A stretch of 64,000 nucleotides of DNA from an uncultured Acidimicrobiaceae bacterium. GTDB taxonomy: Bacteria > Actinomycetota > Acidimicrobiia > Spongiisociales > UBA5794. The notes under the pieces are model-generated. The model did no database searches, was not told where the DNA came from, and saw only the letters and a list, made by a program, of their open reading frames with translations. The stretch's first letter is position 1. Every line of letters starts with the position of its first letter. The stretch lies in assembly GCA_964416425.1 (NCBI GenBank), contig CAYQEC010000002.1, forward strand, positions 102,701 to 166,700, in the 5' to 3' direction. This document shows positions 20,346 to 29,962 of this stretch, one piece after another. Position numbers and translations under genes: made by a program.

Positions 20346-20430
20346 CAGTTGCCGCCCCGTGCAACACCGACGGTGTCGTGCGCGTTCTGCATGGTCCGGC
20401 GCAGCGTACTACCGGCCGGGCGCCGGAGCC

Positions 20431-21231
20431 TCAGACCGGGCTGGAGTGGCTGCGGATCATCCCGACCAGCTCGGCCTGGGAATGGACCTCGAGCTTGCGG
20501 AAGATCGACTTGAGGTGGTTGCGCACGGTGTGCTCGCTCACCTCGAGCCGGGATGCGATCGAGACCACTCGATGGCCCCGTAGCAGCTCGTTGACCACGT
20601 CGCGTTCCCGCCGTGACAGCCGTTCCAGCTCGGGGGCCACCGCGGCTCCCGCCACCGGCTCGGTGTTGCCCACCGCCACGCCCAGCTTGCTCAGCTCGCC
20701 GGCGATGCGGCGGATGCCGTCTTCCAACGCCTGGCGCCGGCCGTCCCCGTTGAGCCGGGGCTCCACCGGCGTCGGGCTGAAGATCCACATCAGCGCCGTC
20801 GAGTGCTCGTTACCGTTCCGCATCGGGATCAGCTTGAGTTGGGCGCTGACCTGGTTGCCGCCGACGGTGATGAGCGACCAGTCGGTCACGATCGTCTCCC
20901 GACCGAACCGTCCCCCGATCGCCCGGTTGATGTAACGCTGATAGGCGCGCTGGCAATCCTGCGGGATCCACTCCGGCGCTGTCTCCGGTGTCATCTCACC
21001 GCACGCCAGCGGCCCCACGATCTGATCGAGCGCCGGATTGGTGTACGTGCACTTGCCGTGCTCGTCGGTGATCAAGACGCCGTCGGTCATCGCTTCGAGG
21101 AGCGCTTGAAGCGGCACCACGATGGTGCCTGTTCCATTGCGGGCCGTCATGTGAGCCTCGCACGCGCACACCGATGGATGCTGCCCCAGAGCATCGTCCA
21201 CCCCCTGTGTTGCCCCACCTTGCGCGGACAT
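20431..21231 (-). CDS. PAS domain-LuxR family transcriptional regulator
   Basis: PAS-like TIVVPLQALLEAMTDGVLITDEHGKCTYTNPA...; C-terminal LSRRERDVVNELLRGHRVVSIASRLEVSEHTVRNHLKSIFRKL is a LuxR HTH. An alternative start at the internal MTARNG (~21150) is possible. Confidence 0.75.
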   Translation of the reverse strand: MSAQGGATQGVDDALGQHPSVCACEAHMTARNGTGTIVVPLQALLEAMTDGVLITDEHGKCTYTNPALDQIVGPLACGEMTPETAPEWIPQDCQRAYQRYINRAIGGRFGRETIVTDWSLITVGGNQVSAQLKLIPMRNGNEHSTALMWIFSPTPVEPRLNGDGRRQALEDGIRRIAGELSKLGVAVGNTEPVAGAAVAPELERLSRRERDVVNELLRGHRVVSIASRLEVSEHTVRNHLKSIFRKLEVHSQAELVGMIRSHSSPV

Positions 21232-21435
21232 CTGGCCTGCGTCCGCTTTCTTCGGACGAGCGTACCTGTCCTGAGGGGGACCTGGAAGGAGGGTTTGGGC
21301 TGGCCCATTGTGGACTAGTCAGCCACACCATCCGGTCGGGTCGTGCGAGGCCGCCCCCGATCGTGGGGATGCGAGGGCCGGGGGGGGTGACCGGCGGACC
21401 CGGCAGGACCGCCGTGTCCTAGTGTCGCGGGGGAC

Positions 21436-22281
21436 ATGAACGTTCCGATCTCCTTCCTCTCCGACTTCGGCCGCGCCGACGAGTTCGTCGGCGTCGTGCA
21501 CGGCGTCATCGCCCGCATCGCCCCCGAGGTGCGCGTCGTCGACGTCGGCCACGACTTCCCCCGCGGCGACGTGCGAGCCGCCGCCCTCGGCCTGCTGCGG
21601 GCGATCCAGTACCTGCCCCAGGGTGTCGCCCTCGCCGTGGTCGACCCCGGGGTGGGCACCGAACGGCGGGCGCTGGCGGCCCGAACCGAATGGGGGACCC
21701 TGATCGGACCCGACAACGGCCTGCTCGCTCCCGCCGTCGCCATGGTGGGCGGCGCCGACCTGATCGTGGCGATCGAGAACCCCGAGTTGCGTCTCCCCGC
21801 CGAGGGCGCCACCTTCGCCGGGCGCGACCTCTTCGCACCGGCCGCGGCAGTGGTCGCCTCCGGGCAGGCGGCGATGGAGCAACTCGGCCCTGAGGTCGAC
21901 CCGAACACGGTGGTGCCGCTGATGCTCCCCCTCGTCGAGCGGGACGCCGGGACCCTGCACGGCGAGATCCTCTGGATCGACCACTTCGGCAACGCCCAGA
22001 CCAACATCTCGCCCGACGACCTGGGGGCGGCCGGCATCGCGCCCGGCAGCGAGGTCGTGGTCCGGATCGGCAGTGTCGAGTATCGCCTCACCTGGGTGCG
22101 GGTCTACGGCGAGGTGGAGCGGGGTGAGGGTCTGTTCCATGTCGACTCGTACGGTCAGATCGCCCTGGCGGTGCGGGAGGGTCGCGCCGACGAGGCGTTC
22201 CCGATCGCGGTGGGGACCACGCTCACGTTGCGGGGTCCCGGGACGCCGGCGGCCGAGCTTCAGAGCCCGTCGGCCAGTTGA
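21436..22281 (+). CDS. SAM hydroxide adenosyltransferase (DUF62/fluorinase-chlorinase superfamily)
   Basis: MNVPISFLSDFGRADEFVGVVHGVIARIAPEVRVVDVGHD... matches the conserved N-terminus of this family. Confidence 0.8.
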   Translation: MNVPISFLSDFGRADEFVGVVHGVIARIAPEVRVVDVGHDFPRGDVRAAALGLLRAIQYLPQGVALAVVDPGVGTERRALAARTEWGTLIGPDNGLLAPAVAMVGGADLIVAIENPELRLPAEGATFAGRDLFAPAAAVVASGQAAMEQLGPEVDPNTVVPLMLPLVERDAGTLHGEILWIDHFGNAQTNISPDDLGAAGIAPGSEVVVRIGSVEYRLTWVRVYGEVERGEGLFHVDSYGQIALAVREGRADEAFPIAVGTTLTLRGPGTPAAELQSPSAS

Positions 22282-22377
22282 AGTTGCACGACGAAGGCGC
22301 CGACGATGAGCAGCAGGAGCAGCAGCAGGACGAGGGCGGTGGCGGGTCGCATGGCGCGCCGGACGATAGTGGGACCG

Positions 22378-22667
22378 TGAACGACGCCCGCACGCTCCGG
22401 TTCGTCACCAGGGACGGGTGCGGCCGGTGCGCCGAATCCCTCGCCGCGATCCGGCGGGTCGCCACCCGGCTCGCGATCCCGGTCGTGGTGGAGGACGTCG
22501 ACGCCTCTCCGGACCTCTACGAGGCCTACACCGACCGGGTCCCGGTGGTGCTCGACCGGGGCGGGGGCGTAGTGGCCGAGGGGCGCCTCACCGGCCGGCA
22601 GGCCCTGTGGACCGTGCTCGCGGCCCGGATGCGACGGGGCCGGTCGCCGGGGACGCCGCAGGTCTAG
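22378..22667 (+). CDS. glutaredoxin/thioredoxin-fold family protein (CxxC)
   Basis: ...LRFVTRDGCGRCAESLAAIRRV... has CGRC in a glutaredoxin-like context. Start uncertain (GTG ~22378). The low-complexity acidic N-terminus of ORF 22278..22667 is doubtful. Confidence 0.5.
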
Positions 22668-22699
22668 AGCCCTCCGGCGGCCACTATCCTCCGCTCTCG

Positions 22700-23320
22700 G
22701 TGAAAGGCCCGATTCCCTCTGCCACGGTGGCGCGGCTCCCGGTGTACCTGCGGTGCCTCGGCGACCTCCCCACGACGCAGCCGACCTGCTCGTCGGAGCA
22801 GCTCGCCGCGATCGCCGGCGTCAACCCGGCCCAGGTGCGCAAGGACCTGTCCCACATCGACGCCAGGGGGGTGCGCGGCGTCGGCTACGGCATCGACGAG
22901 CTGCGCCGTGAGCTGCGCCGTGCCCTCGGCCTCGTCAAGAGCTACGCGGTGGCCATCATCGGCGCCGGCAACCTCGGCACCGCCCTCTCCAACTACCCCG
23001 GGTTCGCCGGGTGGGGATTCGAAGTGAAGGCGATCTTCGACGTCGATCCCTCCAAGGTGGGGGAGGAGGCCGACGGCCTGGTGGTGGAGTCCCTGGCGGA
23101 TCTCGAGAAGATCGTGGCCGAGCGATCCATCTCGATCGGGATCGTGGCGACGCCGGCCCATGCCGCCCAGGACGTCGCCGACCGGCTGACGCGGGCCGGG
23201 GTGCGCTCGATCCTCAACTTCGCCCCCGCCATCCTGCGCCGGGTCGACGGCGTCGAGGTGCGGCGGGTCGATCTCTCCACCGAGCTGCAGATCCTGGCCT
23301 ATCACCTGCAGCGCGACTGA
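22700..23320 (+). CDS. rex: redox-sensing transcriptional repressor Rex (NADH/NAD+ sensor)
   Basis: VKGPIPSATVARLPVYLRCLGDL... (winged-helix N-terminus), then Rossmann ...VAIIGAGNLGTALSNY..., C-terminal ...RRVDLSTELQILAYHL. GTG start at 22700 in frame with ORF 22418..23320. Confidence 0.8.
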   Translation: MKGPIPSATVARLPVYLRCLGDLPTTQPTCSSEQLAAIAGVNPAQVRKDLSHIDARGVRGVGYGIDELRRELRRALGLVKSYAVAIIGAGNLGTALSNYPGFAGWGFEVKAIFDVDPSKVGEEADGLVVESLADLEKIVAERSISIGIVATPAHAAQDVADRLTRAGVRSILNFAPAILRRVDGVEVRRVDLSTELQILAYHLQRD

Positions 23321-23394
23321 GTTCGCCGCAGGCCGCGGCCTTTGCGGCGACGGCGCGGTAGGGTCGGGAGACCTCGGAGACAGGAGTTCGATCG

Positions 23395-24711
23395 ATGCCA
23401 ACGCGCGTACTGATCCTCGGTGCCGCCGGACGTGATTTCCACGATTTCAACACGCTCTACCGCGGCCGTCCCGAATACGAGGTCGTCGGGTTCACCGCCA
23501 CCCAGATTCCCGACATCGGCGGCCGCCGCTACCCGCCGGAGCTGGCCGGACCGGGTTACCCGGACGGGATTCCGATCCACCCGGAGGACCGGCTCGAGCA
23601 GCTCATCGCGGAGCAGGCGATCGACCTCGTCCTCTTCGCCTACTCGGACGTCTCCCACGAGCACGTCATGCACCTCGCCGCCCGGGCCGTCGCCGCCGGC
23701 GCCTCATTCTCCCTGGCGGGCGACGCCGCCCTTATCCCGTCGTCGAAGCCGGTGGTGGCGGTAACCGCCACCCGGACCGGGAGTGGGAAGAGCCAGACGA
23801 GCCGCCGCATCCGGGGCATCCTCGCCGCCGCCGGGAAACGAGTCGCGGTGATCCGCCATCCGATGCCGTACGGTGACCTGCTGCGGCAGCGGGTGCAGCG
23901 CTTCGCCTCGTTCCAGGATCTCGTCGCGGCCGACGTCACGGTCGAGGAGCGGGAGGAGTACGAGCCGTACCTGCGCCAGGGTGCCGTCGTCTACGCCGGG
24001 GTCGACTACGAAGCCATCCTGCGCACCGCCGAGGAGGAGGCGGACGTGATTCTGTGGGACGGCGGCAACAACGACCTCCCCTTCTTCCGGACCGATCTCG
24101 CGCTGTGCGTCGTCGACCCGTTCCGGGCCGGGCACGAGCTGCGCTACTGGCCGGGAGAGGCCAACCTCCGGCGCGCCGACGTCGTCATCATCAACAAGGT
24201 GGACACCGCCCCGGCGGAGGGGGTCGAGCTGGTGCGCCGCAACGTGGCGGCGGCGGCTCCGGAGGCGGTGGTGATCGAGGCGGCGTCACCGATCACCGTC
24301 GAGCATCCGGAGCTGATCACCGGGAAGCGGGTGCTCGTGGTCGAGGACGGTCCCACCATCACCCACGGCGGCATGCCGGAGGGGGCCGGGGCGGTGGCGG
24401 CGCGCCGTCACGGGGCGGCCGACCTGATCGACCCCCGTCCCTTCGCCACAGGCTCACTCGCCGACGTCTACGCCGCCTACCCCCATATCGGTCCGGTGCT
24501 GCCGGCGATGGGATATGGCCACGAGCAGCTCGCCGAGCTGGCGGCGACGATCCGGGCCGCCGCCCCGGAGACGGTCGTGATCGGGACGCCGATCGACCTC
24601 GCTCGCATCGTCGACCTCGGCGATCTGCTCCGCACCAGGGTGTTCTACGAGCTGGAGGAAGTGGCCGGCGGTCCCACCCTCGAGCAGGTGCTGGGGCCGT
24701 TCCTCCGCTGA
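23395..24711 (+). CDS. cyclic 2,3-diphosphoglycerate synthetase (CPGS)-like protein
   Basis: MPTRVLILGAAGRDFHDFNTLYRG... and central ...VAVTATRTGSGKSQTS... P-loop-like segment, as in CpgS-family proteins. Confidence 0.6.
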   Translation: MPTRVLILGAAGRDFHDFNTLYRGRPEYEVVGFTATQIPDIGGRRYPPELAGPGYPDGIPIHPEDRLEQLIAEQAIDLVLFAYSDVSHEHVMHLAARAVAAGASFSLAGDAALIPSSKPVVAVTATRTGSGKSQTSRRIRGILAAAGKRVAVIRHPMPYGDLLRQRVQRFASFQDLVAADVTVEEREEYEPYLRQGAVVYAGVDYEAILRTAEEEADVILWDGGNNDLPFFRTDLALCVVDPFRAGHELRYWPGEANLRRADVVIINKVDTAPAEGVELVRRNVAAAAPEAVVIEAASPITVEHPELITGKRVLVVEDGPTITHGGMPEGAGAVAARRHGAADLIDPRPFATGSLADVYAAYPHIGPVLPAMGYGHEQLAELAATIRAAAPETVVIGTPIDLARIVDLGDLLRTRVFYELEEVAGGPTLEQVLGPFLR

Positions 24712-24745
24712 CGGCGGAGGTGACCGCCGCCGAGCCGAGGCCGGC

Positions 24746-25270
24746 TCAGTCGCGGTCCTGTTCCTTCTCGTAGCGGTCGAGGGCCACCAGGAACATGAGG
24801 AACAGGATGAGCGACGCCACGGCCAGCCCGATGGCGGGGATCCGCATCTGGAAGGCGTTGAGGCCGGCGAGGTTGGAGGGCCGCAGCCCGCGCGGGGCGT
24901 AGACGACGAACAGCATCGAGCCCACCACCAGCCACCCGAAGACGGCGGCGCCGGTCACGAGGAAGGCGAGACGGCGCCCGAGATTGGTGGAGAGCACCAG
25001 GAAGCCGGATCCCACGAACGCCACCACCGCCACCACGGTGATGAGGATGCCCTTGGCGGCGACGGAGAACCCGGTGGGGTCGCCGGCGTCGTCGACCTGC
25101 CCGAAGACCTTCTCCCACGCATCGCCGGCGATGCTGCGCACCAGCGGGATGAAGGCCAGCACCGCCAGGACGAGCAATGTCAGCCCCAGCTTCTCGAGCG
25201 AGCTGAGCCCGCGCTCGTCCCGGACGATGGCAGCCAGGCGATCCGGCAGGCGGCGGGTGCAGCGCATCAC
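24746..25270 (-). CDS. small 4-TM membrane protein, last gene of the cytochrome b6/Rieske operon
   Basis: GTGATG start overlaps the stop of the upstream cytochrome c gene; hydrophobic. Confidence 0.5.
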   Translation of the reverse strand: MMRCTRRLPDRLAAIVRDERGLSSLEKLGLTLLVLAVLAFIPLVRSIAGDAWEKVFGQVDDAGDPTGFSVAAKGILITVVAVVAFVGSGFLVLSTNLGRRLAFLVTGAAVFGWLVVGSMLFVVYAPRGLRPSNLAGLNAFQMRIPAIGLAVASLILFLMFLVALDRYEKEQDRD

Positions 25271-26880
25271 AAGGACCGCTCGTAGGTGACGATGAGCTCG
25301 ATGTCGTCCCGGCTCAGGATCTCCCCGAACGCCGGCATGCCGCCCACGCCGCTGAGACCGTTGACCCCGTAGTGGGAATCGGCCTCGGCGCCGCGGATCA
25401 CGAAGGTGACGTGGTCCTCGACGTCGGGGAACTGGGTGATGGCCCGCCCGTCGGTGAGCGCCGGCGCCCAGGCCCCGGTCCCCGCCTCTTGCTCGAAGGC
25501 GACCCCGGCGCTGTAGCCGGCGGTGTGACAGCGGGCGCAGTAGGCGTTGAACAGACCCACGGCGCGGGTGGCGTCGGCCAGCTCGAGGCCGGTGCGGGTG
25601 GCGACCTCCTCGAAATCGACGTCCCAGGACCGATCCTGCAGCGCCTTCTCGAGGAAGGCGATTCCCTCGTTGGCGCTCTCCAGGAACCGGTCCTGCCGTT
25701 CGCTGATGACCTCGAGCTGGAGGTGGGTGGTTTCGAGCTCCTGGTAGAAGTGGTGGGCCGAGTCGAGGTCCGCCACGGGGCGGCCCCGCTCGTCGCTCAT
25801 CGTGAAGGCGTTGTCCGGCGCCAGTTCGAGAGCGAACCGGTCGCTGGTGGTGGGCACGACCTCGAGGGTACGGTTCCCGTTCTCGTCGACCGATTCCTGC
25901 ACGGCGCGGGTCGTCACCGTGTCGAACGTGATGGCGGCATCGGCGGTGAGGGCCTCTTCGGCGGCGTCGGTGAGGCCGTCACGGTCGCGGTCCGGGCCGG
26001 GATTGTCGCAGCTCGTCCCCACCAGCTCGGCCGAGGCCTCGGTGCAGGTTCCGTCGCCGGAGAGCAGGGCGGCGATCTCGTCCGGCATGTCCTGGATCGT
26101 GGCGTACTGGCTCGGGGCGTCGAGGATGTCGTCCCGCGCCGCGTTCTGCTCGACGAGCCGCTTGCCGATCGTCTCCTCGGCGTTCTCGATCCGCTGCAGC
26201 GCCAGGGAGACGGCACCTTCGATCTTGTCGAGCGCCGCGCTCTGCGGGACCTGGATGCTCTTCAGGTAGGCCACCACCTGGTCGATCTGCTGCATCGTCA
26301 TCGAGCCGCCGCCGGCGAGCCCGGCCGCCGGCATCGGGGTGCCGTGGCGGCCGTAGGTGATCCAGTGCCGCACCTCGTCTTCGGTGTAGCGGAAGAGCAC
26401 GTCGTTGATCGACGGCGCCACCCACGACGTGTCGAGGCCGGAGCGGGCCTCGATGAAGGCGGCTCCGCCGCCTCCGCCGTCGGCGCCGTGGCACACCGTG
26501 CACTCGAAGAGCTTCCACCACCGGAGGCCCTCCTCGAGGTAGTTCTCCTCGACCTGCTGGGCCGCCTCGGCCTGGCGGTGCGACTCCCCGACGAAGTAGA
26601 CGGGGAGCAGGATGGCGAGCACCGCGGCGGCGATCGCCGCCGCCGAGAGCACGTGGGTGAGGCGGGTGGTTTCCAGCGCTTCGTCGTCGTCGTAGGGGTC
26701 GAGGTTCGGCGGAGGCGTCTCGGGGGGACGCCGACGCCGCCGGCTGGTGATGACGAGAAATCCCAGACCCAGCAGTAGCACTGCGACGGCGAGGATCAGC
26801 ACCACCGATCCGAGGCCGACGTTGCTGGGCCCGGCCGGCGTGGCGGGCTCGGCGGTGGCGAGGAGGGGCAGTGGGGTCAC
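25267..26880 (-). CDS. membrane-anchored dihaem c-type cytochrome (cytochrome c subunit of the Rieske/cyt b complex)
   Basis: Two CXXCH motifs (CTVCHG, CARCHT); N-terminal TM helix; GTG start at 26880 overlaps the Rieske stop (GTGA). About 537 aa, with a 250-aa insert between the two haem domains. Confidence 0.75.
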   Translation of the reverse strand: MTPLPLLATAEPATPAGPSNVGLGSVVLILAVAVLLLGLGFLVITSRRRRRPPETPPPNLDPYDDDEALETTRLTHVLSAAAIAAAVLAILLPVYFVGESHRQAEAAQQVEENYLEEGLRWWKLFECTVCHGADGGGGGAAFIEARSGLDTSWVAPSINDVLFRYTEDEVRHWITYGRHGTPMPAAGLAGGGSMTMQQIDQVVAYLKSIQVPQSAALDKIEGAVSLALQRIENAEETIGKRLVEQNAARDDILDAPSQYATIQDMPDEIAALLSGDGTCTEASAELVGTSCDNPGPDRDRDGLTDAAEEALTADAAITFDTVTTRAVQESVDENGNRTLEVVPTTSDRFALELAPDNAFTMSDERGRPVADLDSAHHFYQELETTHLQLEVISERQDRFLESANEGIAFLEKALQDRSWDVDFEEVATRTGLELADATRAVGLFNAYCARCHTAGYSAGVAFEQEAGTGAWAPALTDGRAITQFPDVEDHVTFVIRGAEADSHYGVNGLSGVGGMPAFGEILSRDDIELIVTYERSL

Positions 26881-27752
26881 AGGCAGGAAGGTCCTTGCGG
26901 GTAGGAGGCGGTCTTGTGGTGGGCGCGGGCGGTTTGAAAGATGGTGCCCGTGTTGATGATGAGGTCCCCGGCGTCGTTGACCGCCACCTCGAAACGGTCC
27001 ATGTTGCGAGGGGCCGGGCCGGCCTCGTACTCGCCGTGGAAGTTGTACCTGGATCCGTGGCAAGGACACTCGAATCCCTGTGAGGAAGTGCACTCCGGCA
27101 CCCGGCAGCCGAGGTGGACGCAGCGTTGCCACAGGGCCATCACACCCGGTTCGACCCCGCCCCCGGCGAGCACCGGGAGGCCTTCGAAGGAGCTGTCGGG
27201 AACGTCCTTCTCGTCCATGACGACCAGCCAGGACTGGGCGGGGGGGATGAACTTGGGGATGAGGGTGCCGTCGTCCTGCACGATCTCGTCGCGGAGGGCG
27301 ACGAGGTTGCCGGCGTTGATCGGGGTGCCGAAGCCTCCCTTCAGCTTGGGCCAGAGGAAGGAGAGCATGCCCAGGCCGAGTGAGGCGAAGAACGCCCCGG
27401 CGAAGAGCCCGAGGCTTGCCCGGTTGAGGAACTTGCGGCGGGTGACCCCCATCTCGGCGGCGGAGACCGGGATGCGGGGGATGGCGGCCGCCGGCTCGTC
27501 GCCGGGAAGCGGCGCCGCCGCGGCGGGGACACTCTCGGCAGCCTCCGCTGCGGCGGCGGGAGCGTCGTCCGCGGCGGGTTCCAGGGCCACGGGCTCCGGG
27601 GCGACGTCGGGCGTGGCGTCGGCGGCGGCGGGCTCGAACTCCCCGACGACAGGCCCGGTCGGGCCGCGGCGCCACGCGACGGTGAAGACCGCCACCGCCA
27701 GCAGTGCGGCGGCCGAGATCAGGGCGATCGCAAAGATGGTGGTGGCACTCAT
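26877..27752 (-). CDS. Rieske [2Fe-2S] iron-sulfur protein of a bc/b6f-type complex
   Basis: CVHLGC...CPCHGS Rieske boxes; N-terminal TM helix; Ala/Pro-rich linker. Confidence 0.85.
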   Translation of the reverse strand: MSATTIFAIALISAAALLAVAVFTVAWRRGPTGPVVGEFEPAAADATPDVAPEPVALEPAADDAPAAAAEAAESVPAAAAPLPGDEPAAAIPRIPVSAAEMGVTRRKFLNRASLGLFAGAFFASLGLGMLSFLWPKLKGGFGTPINAGNLVALRDEIVQDDGTLIPKFIPPAQSWLVVMDEKDVPDSSFEGLPVLAGGGVEPGVMALWQRCVHLGCRVPECTSSQGFECPCHGSRYNFHGEYEAGPAPRNMDRFEVAVNDAGDLIINTGTIFQTARAHHKTASYPQGPSCL

Positions 27753-29113
27753 CAGAAGTCGAAGAAGACGCCGTCGACCCAGGGGAACGTGAAGCTGAAG
27801 CCGGGACCCCGGAAGAACGAGCCGTAGATGGTGAGCACCGCCGCCGCCATCAGGAAGAACGTGAAGAGCATGATCGCCAGCTTCCGGTCGGAGGGCCGCG
27901 ACGACGGGTTCTTGTCGAGGTAGGGGATGAGGGCGATCCCGACGAGGCCGAAGGTCGGGATGATCACACCGGCGACCTGGGGGTCGAAGTAGGAGAGCAG
28001 CTCCTGGAGGCCGAGGAAGTACCAGGGCGCCTTGGACGGGTTCGGCTGCTGGTTGAAGTTGGCGAACTCGAGCAGCGGGGCGTTGACGAACACCGAGAAG
28101 ATGATGAGGCCGGCCGTTACCACCATGAGGGCCACGAATTCGATGGCGAGCAGGTGGGGCCAGGTGTTCACCTTGTCGGTGGGCTCCTTCTTGACCTGCT
28201 GGATCGCTCCCGCCTTGACGACGGTGAGGAGGCGTTGGGTCCGTACCTCACCGGGGGGTGGTGCCGTCGCCGTCGCCACGCCCCCGGCGGGTGCGGCGGC
28301 TGCGGGGGCGGCGGGAGTGGCGGGAGCGGCCGGAGTGGCTGCGGGGGCGGGGGTCTCGGCCGGTGGGGGTGGTGCCGTCGCGGCGGGCGCCGCGGGTTCG
28401 GGGGCGGCTGCGGGGGCGGCTGTGGGGGCTCCTGCCACGCGTTGTCGGGCCTTCATGGCGCGTTCGAGGAGGGGGACGGGGACGCCGTACTGCTCGGATT
28501 CGGCGGCGAGGTCCCGTCCGGCGGCGGCGGGAGCGGCCGGAGTGGCTGCGGGGGCGGGGGTCTCGGCCGGTGGCGGTGGCGTCGGGGTCCCGGCCGGTGC
28601 CGTCGCGGCGGGCGTCGCGGGTTCCGGAACGGAGGGAGTCTCCTCGGCCCTCAGCTCGGCGAGCACCTCGCCGACGTCTCTGCCCTCGGCCATGGCCCGT
28701 GCCTCGGCAGCCCGGAGCAGGAGGTGCTCCGGGAGCTTGGACCCCTCCAGCCCGCCGGTGGCGACCTCGGGAAGCGCCCCGACGGACTCGGGTTCGGGTA
28801 CGGCCGGCGCCGACGCGGTCTCGCCCTTCATCTCGGCGAGGACCTCCTCGACGTCGCGTCCCTCGGCCTTGGCGCGGGCCTGGGCGGAGCGGCGCAGGAT
28901 GTGGTCGGGCAGCCCGGCGAGTTCCAGGTCGCCGCTGATCGTGTGGTGGACCGGCTCCTCCTCCGGGGTCGCGGCGGGCTCCTCCGGGGTCGGCGTGAGC
29001 TCAGGCGCCGCCTCGCCCTTCATCTCGGCGAGCACTTCTTCCACGTCGCGCCCTTCGGCCTTGGCGCGGGCCTCGGCGGCGCGCCGGAGCAGGTGCTCGG
29101 GAAGGTCAGCCAT
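27752..29113 (-). CDS. cytochrome b6f subunit IV-like (cytochrome b C-terminal domain) with N-terminal triple about 30-aa repeat extension
   Basis: C-terminal ...WPHLLAIEFVALMVV...PNPSKAPWYFLGLQELLSYF...PYLDKNPS... matches PetD/cyt b C-terminal domain (PEWY variant APWY). N-terminal 300 aa contain 3 copies of LPEHLLRRAAEARAKAEGRDVEEVLAEMKGE plus PA-rich linkers. Confidence 0.8.
   Translation of the reverse strand: MADLPEHLLRRAAEARAKAEGRDVEEVLAEMKGEAAPELTPTPEEPAATPEEEPVHHTISGDLELAGLPDHILRRSAQARAKAEGRDVEEVLAEMKGETASAPAVPEPESVGALPEVATGGLEGSKLPEHLLLRAAEARAMAEGRDVGEVLAELRAEETPSVPEPATPAATAPAGTPTPPPPAETPAPAATPAAPAAAGRDLAAESEQYGVPVPLLERAMKARQRVAGAPTAAPAAAPEPAAPAATAPPPPAETPAPAATPAAPATPAAPAAAAPAGGVATATAPPPGEVRTQRLLTVVKAGAIQQVKKEPTDKVNTWPHLLAIEFVALMVVTAGLIIFSVFVNAPLLEFANFNQQPNPSKAPWYFLGLQELLSYFDPQVAGVIIPTFGLVGIALIPYLDKNPSSRPSDRKLAIMLFTFFLMAAAVLTIYGSFFRGPGFSFTFPWVDGVFFDF
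28646..29113. repeat. three about 90-bp in-frame direct repeats (spaced about 190 bp) encoding the LPEHLLRRAAEARAKAEGRDVEEVLAEM module
   Basis: DNA copies at about 28646..28735, 28826..28915 and 29023..29113 (ctcggcgag[c/g]ac...ggcc[tt/at]ggc...gagcagg...). Also a duplicated gcggccggagtggctgcgggggcgggggtctcggccggtgg at about 28320 and about 28536. Confidence 0.7.
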
Positions 29114-29128
29114 GGGCGCCTCCCCCGA

Positions 29129-29911
29129 TCACAGCGGCCCCGAGATCCCGCCGTCCTTACGCACCCGCCAGAAATGCACCGCCATGAACACGACGATGAT
29201 GAAGGGCAGGAAGAGGACATGCAGCACATACCAGCGCAGCAACGTGTCCGGGGTGATCTGCACCCCGCCGATAAGGGCGAACGACACCTGTTGACCGAAC
29301 AGGGGCGTGTACGAAGCCATGTTCGAGCCCACCGTCACCGCCCACAACGCCAGCTGATCCCAGGGCAGCAGGTACCCGGTGAAGGAGAGCAGCAGGGTGA
29401 GCAGGAGCAGGATGACCCCGACGACCCAGTTGAACTCGCGGGGCGGCTTGTAGGCGCCGTGGTAGAAGACCCGGGCCATGTGGAGGAACACGGTCAGCAC
29501 CATGAGGTGGGCTCCCCACCGGTGGATGTTCCGCACCAGCTGGCCGAAGGCGACGTCGGTCGAGAGCGCCTGCACGTCCGTGAAAGCCGCCGGCGACGTC
29601 GGGTGGTAATAGAACATGAGGAAGATGCCCGTGATGGTGAGGAGGATGAAGAGGAAGAAGCTCAACCCTCCGAGGCACAGCGTGTAGGAGAGACGCACCG
29701 CGTGCCGCTTCACCTTCACCGGGTGGAGGTGGTAGAGCACGTTGTTCATGATCACGTAGGAGCGGTTGCGGGGGGAATCGGAGTAGCCGTGGCGGAACGG
29801 CGAGCCGGGACGGAAGATGCTCGACCACGCCTGGCTGGAGCGAACGTGCTCCCCGGCGTTGGCGAGCCGTTCCCGCAGCCCCACCTTCCCGCTTCCGTTT
29901 CCGTTTGCCAC
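29129..29911 (-). CDS. cytochrome b6 (cytochrome b N-terminal, haem-binding domain)
   Basis: 260 aa; four conserved His in helices B and D (...[23 protein letters not shown]..., ...[28 protein letters not shown]), typical of PetB. Confidence 0.85.
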   Translation of the reverse strand: MANGNGSGKVGLRERLANAGEHVRSSQAWSSIFRPGSPFRHGYSDSPRNRSYVIMNNVLYHLHPVKVKRHAVRLSYTLCLGGLSFFLFILLTITGIFLMFYYHPTSPAAFTDVQALSTDVAFGQLVRNIHRWGAHLMVLTVFLHMARVFYHGAYKPPREFNWVVGVILLLLTLLLSFTGYLLPWDQLALWAVTVGSNMASYTPLFGQQVSFALIGGVQITPDTLLRWYVLHVLFLPFIIVVFMAVHFWRVRKDGGISGPL

Positions 29912-29962
29912 CTTGTCGTCCTTCCCACGGATCGGCGCCGCGGCCGGCCAAGATAGTCCCCG

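Noticed and set aside
22257-22353. 30-aa hydrophobic minus-strand ORF MRPATALVLLLLLLLIVGAFVVQLQLADGL
   Set aside because: It overlaps the 3' end of the SAM hydroxide adenosyltransferase gene convergently and has no RBS. It is most likely an antisense artefact of the CTG/CAG-rich stretch.
23325-23349. Hairpin GCCGCAGGCCGCGGCCTTTGCGGC after rex
   Set aside because: A GC-rich stem with no following U-run; it cannot be called an intrinsic terminator with any confidence.
28258-28938. 226-aa + strand Arg/Pro-rich ORF inside the subunit IV gene
   Set aside because: Antisense frame across the PA-rich linker-encoding repeats, with no coding signal.
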